The notes beneath the pieces were generated by a model, which did not search any database, was not told the origin of the DNA, and saw only the letters and a program-made list of their open reading frames with translations. 64,000 nucleotides of DNA from Chrysomallon squamiferum (taxonomy: Eukaryota; Animalia; Mollusca), in NCBI GenBank assembly GCA_012295275.1, contig CM022675.1, forward strand, positions 10,354,001 to 10,418,000, in the 5' to 3' direction. A program made the position numbers and the translations under genes. This document shows positions 13,251-28,414 of the stretch, piece after piece (position 1 is the stretch's first letter; each line of letters begins with the position of its first letter).

Positions 13251-13599
13251 GAACAAATATAATGTTATCTACTTCAGAATGATTGGTCCATGGGTACCAA
13301 CCTTTTATGATGATAAAGTAATATAACAAGATCATAATGATGATGTTGATTATAAAAGATTTCCTTTTTAATGACAGTTTACATCAAGACTGTTGTAGAT
13401 TGCATTGTTGCTTTATTGTTAGGAAAGGTTGATGTTGAACAAATATAATGTAGAATGACTGGTCGTCCATAGGCACCAACCTTTCATGATAATAAAGTAC
13501 AACAGTAACATAACAAGATCATGATGATGACACTTTACATCAAGACCGACTATTACAGATAACGTTGTTACTTTATCATTAGAAAAGGTTGGTTTTGAG
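13251..13599. repeat. Diverged tandem duplication (~185 bp + ~160 bp) in the probable zinc-finger 3'UTR
   Basis: Both copies (starting 13251 and 13437) share GAACAAATATAATGT...GTCCAT.GG.ACCAACCTTT.ATGAT.ATAAAGTA...ATAACAAGATCAT.ATGATGA...TTTACATCAAGAC...TTAG.AAAGGTTG. Confidence 0.8.
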
Positions 13600-14207
13600 T
13601 CAAACAGTCACATGGTACTGTACAGGTTGTATTTACTCAGTCTGTTCACTCCATCGCTGACACATTAAGGTTTCAACATGTTGCGTCTGTCATTTTCAGT
13701 TTATCTTTTACATCTACTAAGTTGTTTTTTTTCCTGCAAGTTTGAACAGGTAGAAGACATTGAAGTTAATTTAGTGACAGAACTAAATGAATTCTGAGAC
13801 TTTATCAAGAATGTTATGACCAAATTCAAAAAAATAAAATAACAAATAAAAAATATATATATATATATATATTATATATTAGAAAGTTTCCAGACATATA
13901 TCATAATGTTATTCATTCAGCAATAAACTTTGTTTTTAAAGAAATCAAAAAGTATGTACATACAGATTTAATGTTTTACATGTGAGCAGTTTTTATTTCA
14001 TTACATTTCTGTTGAAAGTCTGTATATTTGCATTGTTACTCTTAAAACTGTTTCATTTCATTTGTATAAATTTGGATATTGCATTTTGTTTCCATTTATT
14101 CAAAGAATTATTTAGTGAAGGAAAAAGTTGTGAACGTTAAACTTGGTGATATTGTTTTTAAATGTATGTTGTTGTATAGAGCAGAGTATCTAGGTTTATA
14201 TAGGGCC

Positions 14208-14243
<36 letters not shown>

Positions 14244-15151
14244 GTTGCATGTTATTTAAAATCTATTGAAATATGTTACATATGTGTTACGTAGTCTTAA
14301 TATTAGCATTATATATAGAGACTTAAAACTTCACTCAAATTTTGTTTCTTTCTTTTAATTTTTTAAATTTTAATATCTTTATTATTTTATTTTATGTTTT
14401 TATTATTATTTCTTTATTATTATTATTATTATTTTTTTTTTTTTCATCTTAACAACACTTTACATCTTTTTTTTATATTTATATATGTACTTGTTTCATT
14501 CCAGTTTTGTTTTATTACATACAAATTCACCTAGTCGACCAAATAAGAGAATGTGATTTTTTTTTTTTTAAATGTAAAATACAAATGATCCAGTGGTAAA
14601 CCAAGCATTGCACACTTTGAAACAGATTGAGCTGTGATGGTATTTTTTATTTTATTTTATTTTCTTAAAGAAAAAAGAAGTAATGATAACAACAAAAATA
14701 TTGAGTTAACAACATGTGGGTGATTTTTTAATATCTTTTCATGATGAAAACACCTGTACACGACAGGGAAAATGTTAATTCTGCTTAATTTGACAAAATG
14801 AATCTTCAATTACATATTTTTTTTAAAGTTCTTGTTGGCAGTAGTTTTTACGAATTACGAAGTTAGTCGAAAGAAAGATTACATTCTGATAAAATTTTAT
14901 TATGAATTTATGAATTACTTGTGAAAGCTTTAAGAATTCAAACAAGTACATGAAGTTCAGCTAAACATCACCACTACGTGTGTTATTTTTTAAAATTATT
15001 ACATTTATCTGTTTGCTTATTTCATTCTTTCTGTTTATTGTTTTTATTTTTATTTTTTTTTATTTACTTAATAAAACAATACTCCGTGAAAGCTTTAAAA
15101 GTGAAAGAAAGATCCCTAAACTTATATTAAGATTAATTAAACATTTTAAAA

Positions 15152-15214
<63 letters not shown>

Positions 15215-15477
15215 GACTTTGGTTTGTCTTTCAGTTTCATACAAAAGCACAAAATTTCAATCCACCGCCTAGTTGCAGGAGTCTAAAAATACTGTTATTT
15301 TATGTGGCGAAAGAGAAAAATATTTCAGAGACAACAATACGTCTTTATTTTAAAAAAATAGTTCTTCTTTATAGTGTTTCTTTAAAATGTCCCTTTTGAT
15401 GGAACTTAAAAATGTTACCGTCACATTTTGCATGTTCCAGTTATTATTATCATTATTATTGTTGTTATAATTATTAC

Positions 15478-15533
<56 letters not shown>

Positions 15534-18274
15534 GACAGCATGCATGCATCATTACGAGATTTTTTTTTTTTCTTGTCGTACTTCATTATTTGTCAAAGAT
15601 CCTTTACCAATATATCACATATTATGATCTGCTTTAAGAATGCAGTCCTTTTATTATGTTTAGACAGTTTTATTAAATAGTACTATCATTTGTGAAGAAG
15701 ATGAACTGGGTTTTTGGGGGTGTTTTTTTTTTTTTAAGAGTATGCACACGCTATCAAAGGAAACACTATTAAAGAAAAACTTTAAGATTAAAACAGTTGG
15801 TGTTTAAGTTGTGTGTTGTCAATGAGTTTTGTCATGTGCAATACATATAAGTTAAACAGTTTCTGCTTATAGTTGGACATCACATTCCAGATTCTGCCTT
15901 TGTTATTTTTCTCTGGGGTTTTTCAGAAGTTTGTTTTCAGTTATTATTCTTGTATAAATATTCACATGCGATGAAATTTAATGTTGAAATAATTGTATTA
16001 GGTCTTTGACGAAAGCAGTTACCGTTTTCATTGTGTTTCTGTTTTTGGATTTTTGGTTTACTTCTTTAAAGTAAAAATAAATAGATAAAATAATGTTTTT
16101 TCATTTAATCTAGCTTTAAAAATTTTTAAAATTTAATTTATTCATCGTGATCAAATACAAAAAAAAAAAAAAGAAAATAATAATAATAAAAAATGTATTA
16201 ATATAAAGTAATAAAGTTTCTTCCCTGTACATAAATCAGTTTCCACAAGTTAAGTGCTTGTTTTAGAGAGAGATTTATTGTAAATATATACCATGAATAT
16301 AATAACTAAGTGATATAAATTTGTTTCATTCTGCAATTGAGTTAATATATCTTGAGGCTTATTGGTCAGTTGAGCAGTTTTAATTTTGTTTTAAATGGCA
16401 GAAAATTTAAAAAAAAAAATTAAAATTACCATGCATGAAAACAGTGACAAACATGTTAATAATACTGAATTAATTATTTAGAAATTTTGATTTCTTGTTT
16501 TTGTTGTCATTATTCCAACAAAGAAGTGGTAACAGTTATTTTAATTAGATTTTAACAGCTGTTTATTTCATAAATTTATTTTAACAAAAAAAAAAAATTG
16601 TTTTTAAAGTTTTAAAATATTTTAATACTTCTGTTAAATTTGATTAGTAATTTGAATTGTGTACAGTTTGTTGCCTAAATTTAGATAATTCTATTTTTTG
16701 TTATATGTAGTCAGAAACAATATATAGTTTATGTCAGAAAAAAACAACACATTATATTGTTTATTCAAGTTTTTATTGTACAGTGAATTGTATGTGAATT
16801 GACATCTTGTTGTGCAGTTGGAATCAGTTTTGTATGAAATGATTTACTGTGTCTTCAAATATCAAAACTGGAAATTTCTTGAATTTATGTTCCTAATAAA
16901 AGGACCTTTGTCCTCTGCAAATGTCAAGATGATAATTTCTGTTCACCTCTATATTCACTGACAAATCGTCAACCATAATGATAATGTAGGTGACAAAAAT
17001 ATTTAAATAAAATAAATAAAAACAAGAACGGAGAAAGAAAAAATCGAAATGTAAAAGTTTTATTTCTTGATATCAAATCATAATATTCATTTACAGTTTA
17101 CAGTTTATAGTAAGAATATGTCAGATCAGTAACAGACACATAATTTCTGCAAGAAATATTATTTGGGTATCATTCAGGCATAGTTCATTCATATAAAAAA
17201 AAAGACAATACTTGAAATAAATTTTAATTTTATAATATAAACTAATGAAATTATGATTAAAATATTGTTCAGTCATATAAACAGATAAGAATCTGAAATT
17301 GGATCCTAAATTTTATTATGTGGTTGAGAATTTGCAGTAGGAAATGCGACATCCAATCACTGGAATACAGTTTCTAATATAAATGATGGATTTAGGTATT
17401 ATTTCAGTTTTATTTAGTCAACAATGACAAATCCTTATGTCCAGTTTCATAATGAGAACATCATTAATGAACTGAATGTTTAAATAGCTTTACAGTACTG
17501 TTAGTTTGTTAAAATAATAAAGTCATTTCCTTTATGGATCTGAAATGAATTTTGTCCAAAATAAAGTTTACCAAAAATAATTTCATTTATATTTTTTAGC
17601 ATTTAACAGTCAAATATGTTTTGCATGTTGATTGGTTTTTAATTTGTCTGTTAATGACAACAACAACAAAAATATTACATGCAAAGATTCTTTCATTATC
17701 ATTCATTGTTTTTTCTTCTTTTTGTAAGTTCTCACTGCACATTATCAAAGTACCATTTTATTTTGGATTAAATTCCTTCCAACAAAATTCCATGTAGATT
17801 ATTTAGTAATATAGAGACCTTGTCACAAATATATTTAGTTAGTTCCTATAACATTTTTGACATAATCTTAAACAAATGTGATCGTAACATTAATTATTAC
17901 TTTCCTACGACCAGATAATGGTGTAGAAAATCCTTCACTTTTTTTTTGTTACTTGTTTTTTTTTAAATATCTAAACCAATCAAAATCTACTCCAGTTCCA
18001 CTGCCATCAAAGCTAATTTTTTTTTCACATCCTTTATAATCACTAGTTTAGACAATGCTATAGTGGTTGAAACTTATTAAGCACATAACTATATATATAT
18101 ATATATATTAATTACTTTTTTTAACATGGAAAGCCCCAGAACGTTTACGTCGTTGACAGAGAAAAATGAGCTGCATTTTCATGATTCAAATATGCTTTCT
18201 TTAACTATTCCATGTTGTGAAAAATGACATGCCTATGTTATGTGAAGCTTATGAATGCTGATGGTAATTATTAT

Positions 18275-18275
18275 C

Positions 18276-18353
<78 letters not shown>

Positions 18354-18363
18354 ATGTATGTAT

Positions 18364-18401
<38 letters not shown>

Positions 18402-18404
18402 GTA

Positions 18405-18459
<55 letters not shown>

Positions 18460-18470
18460 ATCTATATATA
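18275..18470. repeat. (TA)n/(TATG)n compound microsatellite
   Basis: Directly visible; source of the IYIY/CMYV pseudo-ORFs. Confidence 0.95.
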
Positions 18471-20699
18471 AAATGTAGATTTTTACTATGAAATTTGTTT
18501 TTAGTATTTTACATGAAATAAATATATATTATACATAGTTACCTGGGCAGGGACTCAATATTTTGTTGATACAAGTTTTACTAAGTATTATAAATGTAAG
18601 CCAATGTACTGGTATTGTATTGTGGATTGTATGTCAGTATTATACAGATGAAGGAAAAAAAAAAAAAAACATATATATATATAAAACAGTTTTAATGATG
18701 ATGTTCATAATTGATTTTCTTAAAATTTTAACAAATGTACAGATCATTTTGAAAATGCATTGTTGAAATGTATATACGTTCTTTAAGTTTTTAATGGAAT
18801 TTTTTATATTTCATTAAATTGAATAATATTAATTTTTATCTTTTTGTAAATTGACGTAGCTAAATATGTTTCTTTGTTTTAATGTCATTGACTGCACACA
18901 TTTTACCAATCAAATATTTTGTTTTAGATCATGGGAAAGAAAAATTAAAAATTTTAAATTTTTTAATAAAATTAACTACATAATTTAGATGGGCAAGAAT
19001 TTTTTGTTTGTAAACTATAATGTGAAAAGAACAAAATAAAATGTTTAATAATCATTTAATTAATTTCTAATAAAGTATTTACTTTATTACCTTACTAAAT
19101 AAACAGCCTGTCTCTAGGTTATAGTTTATTAATTATTATTATTAAATATCAACAGATAACAAAAAAGTAATAAATAAAAAATAAAATGTTTAAACAATAT
19201 ATATATATTAACCAACAATTATAGCAATAATAACAACAAATTAATCCTTAATTAAAATGAGATTAGAAAATCCAAAGGCAGAAGCTTTTGAAGTTACTGT
19301 ACTTTAATTTTATGTATGCATTATTATTTTTATTTATTTTTATTATTATTTTTTTTTTTTTTTCATTATAGCCTTCATCTGCAATGAACTGACAAAATGT
19401 CTACAATTATTTGTATTACGTTTTTGTTGACTACCTCTGTTCCACACAGGCTTGGAGCCATTGTATGCTTTTACTAATGTCAAATAAACTTCATCATTTA
19501 TACAAATTGTCAGTCATTTGTGTTAACACTGTTCTGCATGATTTTAATCAACCCATTTGTTTCATTTTTGTTTTTTCAAAGCGGTATTATTATTTTTTTT
19601 TGCAAACACTCACAAATTAATTTTGCATGTTACTCGTACAACAAATGAACAACAAGAAACATATATAATAAAAAATGAAAAAAAACCCAAAATATTTAAC
19701 AAATTTCACTTTTGGGGATGTTTTTGTTATTTTCTATAATCGAGTGAAAACTAAGTTGCCCCCCTTTAGTAAATCTTTAATAAAAGGCAAGCGATTTATT
19801 CTGTGTACATAAAACGTCATTAAATTTTGGTATTAACGTTTGGTTTCTTTAATCCAAATTCTTTTTTCGTTCAACTTTGGTGTATCATCCTGAGTCAACT
19901 TGTATATTTTTATGAGTTATAAAACACTGCAAGAAATAAAGACTATACACAATTTAATTTATATTATGTAAGCGTGATAATAATCATTAAAACGACTTAA
20001 GTTTTTTTTCAAGCAAGTACCTCAAATCCATCCATTTGATGGCGAGAAAATTATGTAAAAAAAACAATGATAATAACAAAATAAATAAATAAATAAATAA
20101 TTTTAAATCTATAGGCGTTAAAGTGTTAATAAAAATTATCTTTATCAGAAAACGTATTTGATTTGATTAAAATGAATTTGATAACATTGTATATGAATAT
20201 ATTTATATATTTTTACCTTTACAAAAATATAAATTGACTAATATATTTGTATTTTTAAACAGGATTTTAAAACTTTTATAAAAGGATATGATGATTTATA
20301 AAGCATGCGCACGTTTATATTCATGCAAACACACACACAGATACAAAATAATTCTGATCAATGAGAATATTCCCAATTTTTACTGAAAGAATGTACACTT
20401 CCTTTGCCGGAGATATTATTTCAATCATTTCACAATTTGTGAAAAAATATTGTGGTGTCCGGTTTATTCGTTGTAGAATTAACAAACGTACTATAAAGAC
20501 TGAGTTTATAACCGATCCCATACTCAGTTTGAAATATTAAAGATTGTTCTTGTATACACTAATTTTGTTTCTAAGATGAATAACCTGAGCGTTTGAATGT
20601 TTTCATCTGATTTCAGTTTAATACCACAGCCTGCTTTCAGATAACAAATTAACCAAATTTTAAAAAATTCTTATACAGTATTGCCATTTAAACAACATC

Positions 20700-20700
<1 letters not shown>

Positions 20701-20786
<86 letters not shown>

Positions 20787-20895
20787 AATAAATAAATAAA
20801 TTGAAATGAAATGAAATAAATAGATAAATAAATAATAAATAAATAAATAGATAAAATATAGAAATAAAAATAATAAAATAAAATAAAATAAAATA
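20701..20895. repeat. (AAT)n/(AAAT)n microsatellite
   Basis: Directly visible. Confidence 0.9.
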
Positions 20896-21257
20896 CAATA
20901 GGAAAAGGAGAGAAAAATTTTGAATTTGTTTTTGAATCTAAATATTTAAAGAAATGTGACCGAAATACATTCACCTAATGAATGTGAAAGAAAACGAAGA
21001 TATTTTTAGCATTAACTAAATATTTTAATGTTACATCTGATAATGAAGCGGATTTTAGAGTTATCGCCTTCGATAAGTTGTTCCATTAACCAACCGATAA
21101 TTCATTCAACTGAAAAATTCTAAATGTTCCTTTTCTTCACCGTGCTATAGCGACACTAGTTAGCAGTATGTCCGATGCGTAATTTTAAATGAACGAGAAT
21201 CCGAATTTTCAAATTTACACTAAACATGTATGTCTGATTTTTATTTATTTATTTATT

Positions 21258-21319
<62 letters not shown>

Positions 21320-21759
21320 CTTTTTATAAATGCAGTTCAGAAATAATGTATATATTTTTTATTTAATAATAAAAATCTGTACAGCTAATATTCTAGAATT
21401 GGGCTTTGTGAATGGCACGTCAAATTTCACGAGGAAAATAACGAATGGGATTGCCCATGCTTGTCCTAGAAGTTTAAATTGTTCGTTTAAACAGGATTAA
21501 TTTGTTTGGAAGACTTGACGAACGATAAACTATTCGTGCACTTCACAGCCACTGGAATTGTTCGCTAGCTTTTTAGTATCTGAGTAGTATGAAACGAAGT
21601 TAGAAAAACAATTGTAAGAAAGACATTTTAAAGTGTATTATTATTATTGTTTTTAACTAATAATACTTATTTCTAATTGACGTACAGAATATAATTTTAT
21701 ACATTTGACTTCGTTTATCTTAAACAACGTGAAAGCGTTTTGAACTGTTCTCTCGTTTT

Positions 21760-21989
21760 TCATCAGGAAATTCGGAAATGGCAAAACTTGCCAAAAGCAA
21801 TTGATTAAAAATAATATTTGTAATATTGAAGTTTGGCAGATGTGCTATGTGCGATAACACAAGTCCAAATACATCTAGTATTATGAATTGATAATTTGGT
21901 AATCTTGCGTTTAAGATAATTTTTATATTGTAATATCATTAAATTACTGTAAATTGTAATATTCATTTATTTATGTTTATGAAAGCTAA
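21760..21989 (+). promoter_or_regulatory. Probable MTRR promoter/5'UTR with a short 5'UTR intron (~21899-21985)
   Basis: CpG-enriched zone ~21.0-21.9 kb with AGGAAA/CGGAAATG ETS-like motifs at ~21765-21780; donor TTG|GTAATC at 21899; acceptor GAAAG| at 21985, four nt before the ATG. Confidence 0.4.
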
Positions 21990-22201
21990 ATGCCAGTGAA
22001 TACCAAAAATCGTTTTCTTCTCGTCTACGGATCACAAACTGGCCAAGCACAAGCAATATCTGAAGAAATTGCAGAAAAAGCTGAGCAGTACGGGTTACAT
22101 GCTGACATCCATTGTCTTAGTTTAACAGAAAAAAAAGTAAACCAACATAACGTTTAGTTTATTATTATTTTTTTTATTTCTTCTTTTGTGGTTTCTTTTT
22201 A

Positions 22202-22246
<45 letters not shown>

Positions 22247-25200
22247 TGTGTCATTAAAAAGAAGAAATAAAGAATAAAAAAATCAAAGATATTACAAATG
22301 AAGCTTGTACAATTTCTGATATAAAAATGTTTAATAGTTAATTATCTTAAACTAAATAAGTGTCTGTGATAATTGTTTAATAATAAAAAAAAAATATGGA
22401 AGTGTGAATGAATATAAATATAACATTATATTGTTAATTAGCATTATGAAGGAAAAATAATTAAAAAAAACAACATTTAAGAAAGATTAATAAACATGTT
22501 ATGATAAGACATAATAAATCTAGCTGGCAACATTTTCATGATTGATTATAGGAAATTTGAAAACACTAACACTAGGAACATTTCCCTGTTTTCAGTTTAA
22601 CATAGAACGTGAGAAATGTGTTGTCATAGTAACATCAACTACAGGGGATGGTGACCCACCCGACACAGCGAGGAAGTTTATTCGACGTCTGAAGAAGACC
22701 ACTTTATCAGAAACCTACTTGTCACATTTGAATTACACACTTCTGGGTAAACTTTTAGGAAAGACATTCAATTGTTTAAATGTGTTAATCAGTGAAAAAG
22801 AGAGATTATTTTATTTTGATTAACCTAAATCATAAAATTAACCCCAAAAACTAAACACAAATGCTCGGTTTTGTCAGATGTGTTCCAATCATTTATTTAT
22901 TACATTCATCATTTTGTGGGAATGAGAAATTGTACCATGTTCTTACTTCTCTTCCATCAATTTCATGAATAAATAAACTGTATTTTATTATTTAAAGTAA
23001 ACTTTTTACATCTTTCAGAAAATATCTGTACTGTGCAAGATAAAAATTAAGAACAAAAGTCAAATATTTTATTTATGGATATTAATTCATTTATTGACAT
23101 AATTATTATTATTATTTTTTTTTTTTTTCTAAATCTATAATATAAATTATTATGACTTTGTGCTATCAGGTTTAGGAGATTCCAATTACACAAATTTCTG
23201 TAACTGTGCTAAATCACTGGAGAAACGTCTGTCTGAACTTGGTGCCAAGCAGTTCTACCCAAGTGGCTGGGCTGACGATGCTGTTGGGTATGTTAATAAA
23301 ATGTTTGGTAAATGAAACCATGTACATGAATAATTTACAATAATGCATATATCTATAACTATATTTTGAATGTGAAATAACATTTAACAATAATTCTGGA
23401 AGTTTAAATTTGAATCATTCAGATTAATTGATGATTTACACATATAGTTTTATTTGGATATGTATATTAATGAATTGTCTTTAGTTTTGACGATAATAAT
23501 GATAGTAAGTACATTTCCTTTACATCTTACATAGAATGTTTCCTTTCTAAATATAAACAACAACAACAACAAAAATTATATCCATACATATAAATATATA
23601 TATATATTTAGTTACCATTTGAAATAGAGAGTAAATGGTATAAAAAATATACATATGTACATACATACATATATATATATGTATTTTATTTATTAATTTA
23701 TTTTTTGTTTTTTTTGACAGATTGGAGGTTGTTGTAGAACCATGGATGGATGGACTTTTTCCAGCAATAACAAAATTTCTTGGTCTTGTTCCAAAGACTG
23801 CATCCAATACAGCCTCATCATTGAATTCTTGCAAGACGTGCAATAATATAATTTTATCAAACGTTTCTGAATCAAAAGTTACTGGTGTTTCCTCTCCCAC
23901 AAGTGAAGTGTGTTCTCAAGACTTGGAAACTGATTCCCTTTCATTACTGCCTTTATCTAACACAGCTAATTCTAGTGCCAAAAGTACTTCCGATGAAAAC
24001 ATTATAGCTCGGCCTGTACTCAAAACAGAACTGATGAGTCACAGTAAAGAAGAAACTGTTTCAGAGAACCACAGGGTAAAAAAGATGGAGCCAAGTTTGA
24101 AGAATTCTGTTCCACCTTTGTCAGAAAGTTCTTTGATAATGCCGATTCTCCCACCAAGATTTTTGTCCATAATCTATAAACCTGAAGATTCATTGGTATG
24201 TTTAAAATCTGATAATTAATAATTGCAAAATTGCATCCTTAATCTGTTTCAGTTTTCTTTAAATGAAATGACAATACTTTGGAAGGTTATTAACATAAAT
24301 TTTGATTTTGGTTTTTTTGTTCCCAGAATCAAAGAAATCATTTAAACCTACATACTAGTATTTGACTAAACAAAAAATTAATCTATTTTCTACTGTTTAT
24401 TATACTTAAAAGTTTCAACAGACTGTCTTTGCTTTTAACCATTAGAATGTGACAGATATTCCAATTCAAAATGGCTGCTCATTTCCGTCTGCTGCTAGTG
24501 GCATTGTCATGGCAGAAGTAACAACAGCTAAACAACTGACCTCACCAGATGCCTTGAAGAAGACATTACTGCTTACACTGGATCTGAAAGTAAGTTAGAC
24601 TTTTTCTGTAACAAGCTATTCTTTTAGTCAGCATTCTGCAGATAACCCTCCTTTTGAAAATCATGGAAAAAGTATAAATTGCTCTGATAATAAAAAATTA
24701 TTTCTGACTGTTGTTGTTAAAAATTTCAGCACCAGTTTCTGAATTGTTTTTGTTGTATTTTAAATATTTAATATTTAATAGAAATATAATTTTATTGAAA
24801 TTATTCTGAAGCAAATTAAAAATTGATAAACTATAAATCTGAATTAAGTATTATATAACTTTTATATAATCTAGAGTCCTTATTTTCATTGTGTCATCTT
24901 CAGTTTTTCTTTCAATTTTTTTTTTTTTCCTTTAGGATTCCTCTTTTCAGTGTAAACCTGGCGATGCTATTTCTGTAGTGTGTCCCAACTCACTCTCTGA
25001 AGTTCAAATGTTGCTCACTAGGTATGTTTTAACATTTCAGGAATGAATTACAGAGTAAAAGATGAGAAAAAGACAAGAACATGTTATTCCATTCTTTGTC
25101 TGCACTTAAGTAACAGTAAGAATATAGATCCATCTGCATAATTTTTATTATACATTTTCAGGAAGAGATTTGTGGTAGGATGTTTAAATTGCATTATTTT

Positions 25201-26820
25201 ATATAATTCAAATACGAATTGTAAATAAGTATGATACTTTTCGTTATTTTAATTTTTATTTTTTATTATTATTATTTTTTAATGTTTGTGAACATTTTTG
25301 GAGGTAGCTGTATATTTTTTGTATCTGACAAATAGAAAAGCCAGTATATTTTTTCATAATGCAACAAATCTTGATGTACTTATTTCAGGCTTGGTTTGAA
25401 AGAGAAAGCTGAAGTCCCTGTCACGTTTGAGATTCTGCCAAACACAAAGAAACGCAATGCATCAGTTCCACCCTATTTCCCCAAGCAGACAACACTGCAG
25501 CATTTACTTCAGACTTGTATAGACATCAGAGATCCACCAAAAAAAGTAAGCATTAATTCATTTGGTACAGAGTTGCAGGCATGTTTGATACTGTCTGCAG
25601 TTGCTCCACCGAAACTGCTCATTTTTAGACATTTAAGTAATAGTTCAACAGGCTGGCCCCTCAATACAATATTCACATAAATGAATTATTTTTCATCTCT
25701 ATGCGAGCTTCTGTGCCATCTTGTTCAACTGACATAAATTTGTCACATTGTATCATCTGTTTGATATCATCTCTCATTGCTTGGGCAATATGGTGAACAA
25801 AGTCCCTACATGAGTGGTCATTGTCCTTCCCACTTATAAACTGCACCCCATTGTTCTTCTGTAAGGCAGTCAGGGACTGGTAGTCAGACATAGGTCTCTC
25901 CTGCATAACCAACCACAATGCTGTACTGCTATGATTCTTATATTGTTCTTTACTGGGTTTTTCAAATAATTTTCCAGTGGAATTAGAACATATAACAGAG
26001 AGTTTCAGAAAGGAAATTAGCTGTTTGAAAATATTGTATTGAGGGGCCATTGAAGGATTTTGTCGACTTTATTGATAGGTGGTAACCTCCTGGTAACTTG
26101 AATGAGCGTTCTCGATTTATTTCGATGCCTGAGTTGTATTCAATTATGACAATAAATGCAGATTAGGTATCACAAGTAAGAAATAACGATTACAGTCATT
26201 ATTTAAATGGCATTAAAGAACTTTGTACCATTTACTTTTTATAAATGATTAGAAATGATTTTATTATTAGTAAATAATCATCTTTGCTGTAATTGAACAT
26301 TTGTTTAGTATGGACTTTTCATAAAACTATTTCATATATATATACATTACTCTAATTTTCTCTATAGGATATGTGTGTGTGTGTGTGTGTCTGAATTATA
26401 ATTTAAGATGGACAATGGCAAGATAAAGTTTTGATTTTAAATAACTGTCTATTAGAAAAAACTTCAGATGTGAAATTTTTGATACTTACTAGGCTTTACT
26501 TCGATGTCTGGTTGATTACACTTCAAATGAGACAGAAAAACGTCGTCTCCAGGAGTTGTGCAGTAAACAGGGAGCAGAGGATTATGGGAAGTTCATTCGG
26601 GCACCAGGATTATCAATCTTGGACATTCTCAGTGCCTTTCCATCATGCACACCCTCATTTGAGGCAGTTTTAGGTGAGGGGTCTTACAGTAATTTCATGT
26701 GTGTTTGTGGTAATGACTACAAGTTTTTATACCACTAAGACATGCCTTGTGATTCCCTTGCGATTTATTCTCATTCAAACTATGGCAAGAAGCTGTGTTA
26801 TTAACTACATCAACAGCCTC

Positions 26821-26851
<31 letters not shown>

Positions 26852-28345
26852 GTAGTAGTAATGGTTGTAGTGGTGGTGATAACAACTACAACATCAAAGA
26901 AGTAATAGATAGAAACACTAACACTGAATTTGACTTAGGTTTACTTTATATATTAATTTATAGTTTATATCATATAAAAAACTTTAATTTATTGTTTTTA
27001 AAATGTTACAGAGCATCTGCCAAGACTGCAACCCAGACCTTATTCCATTTGCTGGTAAGGTTTGAAATACTGTTTTCAGATTGTTTTGTACAAACAAGCT
27101 TTATTTTATGTTATCAAAAATATTATTTAAGAAATATAAATGGATTTCATATTACACTTAAAAACTTGTTCTTATATTCTAAAGACCGAAAAATTCTGAA
27201 AACCAAAATACTTAAATGCATTGTTGATAAGGGATTTTGAACAGAATATGCTGATATACAAAGGGCTATATAATTTTAACATGCAGGTGTTCAGTATTTT
27301 AAAATGTATCCCCTGTTCGGAGTAAAAATTGTGAATTTATTTAAAATGTTTAAATAAACAAAAACACTAAATACTCTGTTCTTATGCAAAACTTTTCATT
27401 TTGAAGCTGACATATCTTTTTATTTTGAAAACCCTTGCAACATTTGTTTTGTCTTTCAGTGATCCCTCTCATACAGGTAAAATTCAGATATGTTTCAATG
27501 TGGTTAGCATTGAAGAAGCAGATGGGAGGAGTTACCCAAGATCGGGATTGTGTACTGGATGGCTGGACAGATTGACAGGTGTCATTCAAAGTGATGGATC
27601 TGATGAAAAAGGCAGGGAAATAAATGAACAGTTACAGTCACTGACTCTTACCAACCCTCCTCTGGTTTGTGGTTTTAATTTGAAATTTAATATTAATTAT
27701 TTATTTCACTTTAAATTTAGTATTAATTATTTATTTCACTTTAAATTTATTAATTTCTTGCTAGTTAAACTTTTATTATTATTATTATTATTATCATTAT
27801 TATTTTTGTTTATACTTAAAAGCTTTTTAGAGCAAGCAAATGTGATGTGATAATAACATTATCTAAAAAATGAAGCCTTAAATAATATTCTACATTTTAA
27901 TCCCATTTTGAACAACTGGATGCTAAAAATCTGGTACAGATAATATTTAAAAGTATATTTATAGAAAGATCAAAATAAATATAAATGATGGAATTTCATA
28001 TTGAGCTCTTTGAAATAAATCACTGATGATTGATTTTTAAAAATTTATAATATATCTAGTAATTTTAAATAATTTCAACTGTACATTTTTCTGTTCTTCT
28101 CTGTGTATTAGACTCATGTACCAGTTTTTGCCAGGACCAATCAGAGATTCCATTCTCCAGAGGATACTAGTAAACCAATGATTCTGATTGGTCCAGGGAC
28201 AGGTGTGGCACCTTTCATTGGCTTTCTGCAGCAGAGACAGAGCCACCTGGAAAGGGGAGACAAGTGTGGTGCAGTCTGGCTATTTTATGGATGCAGACAC
28301 AGAGAGAAAGACTTTCTTTTCAAGTTTGTTTCTTCTAAATATTGG

Positions 28346-28414
<69 letters not shown>

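Noticed and set aside
13020-16290. Pumilio elements (TGTANATA) in the probable zinc-finger 3'UTR
   Set aside because: A few matches exist, but they are expected by chance in such AT-rich sequence and cannot be supported without conservation data.
26674-27240. 188-aa plus-strand ORF with poly-Asn
   Set aside because: It is MTRR intron sequence with a (CAA)n microsatellite; the real 43-nt exon 27012-27054 is in another frame.
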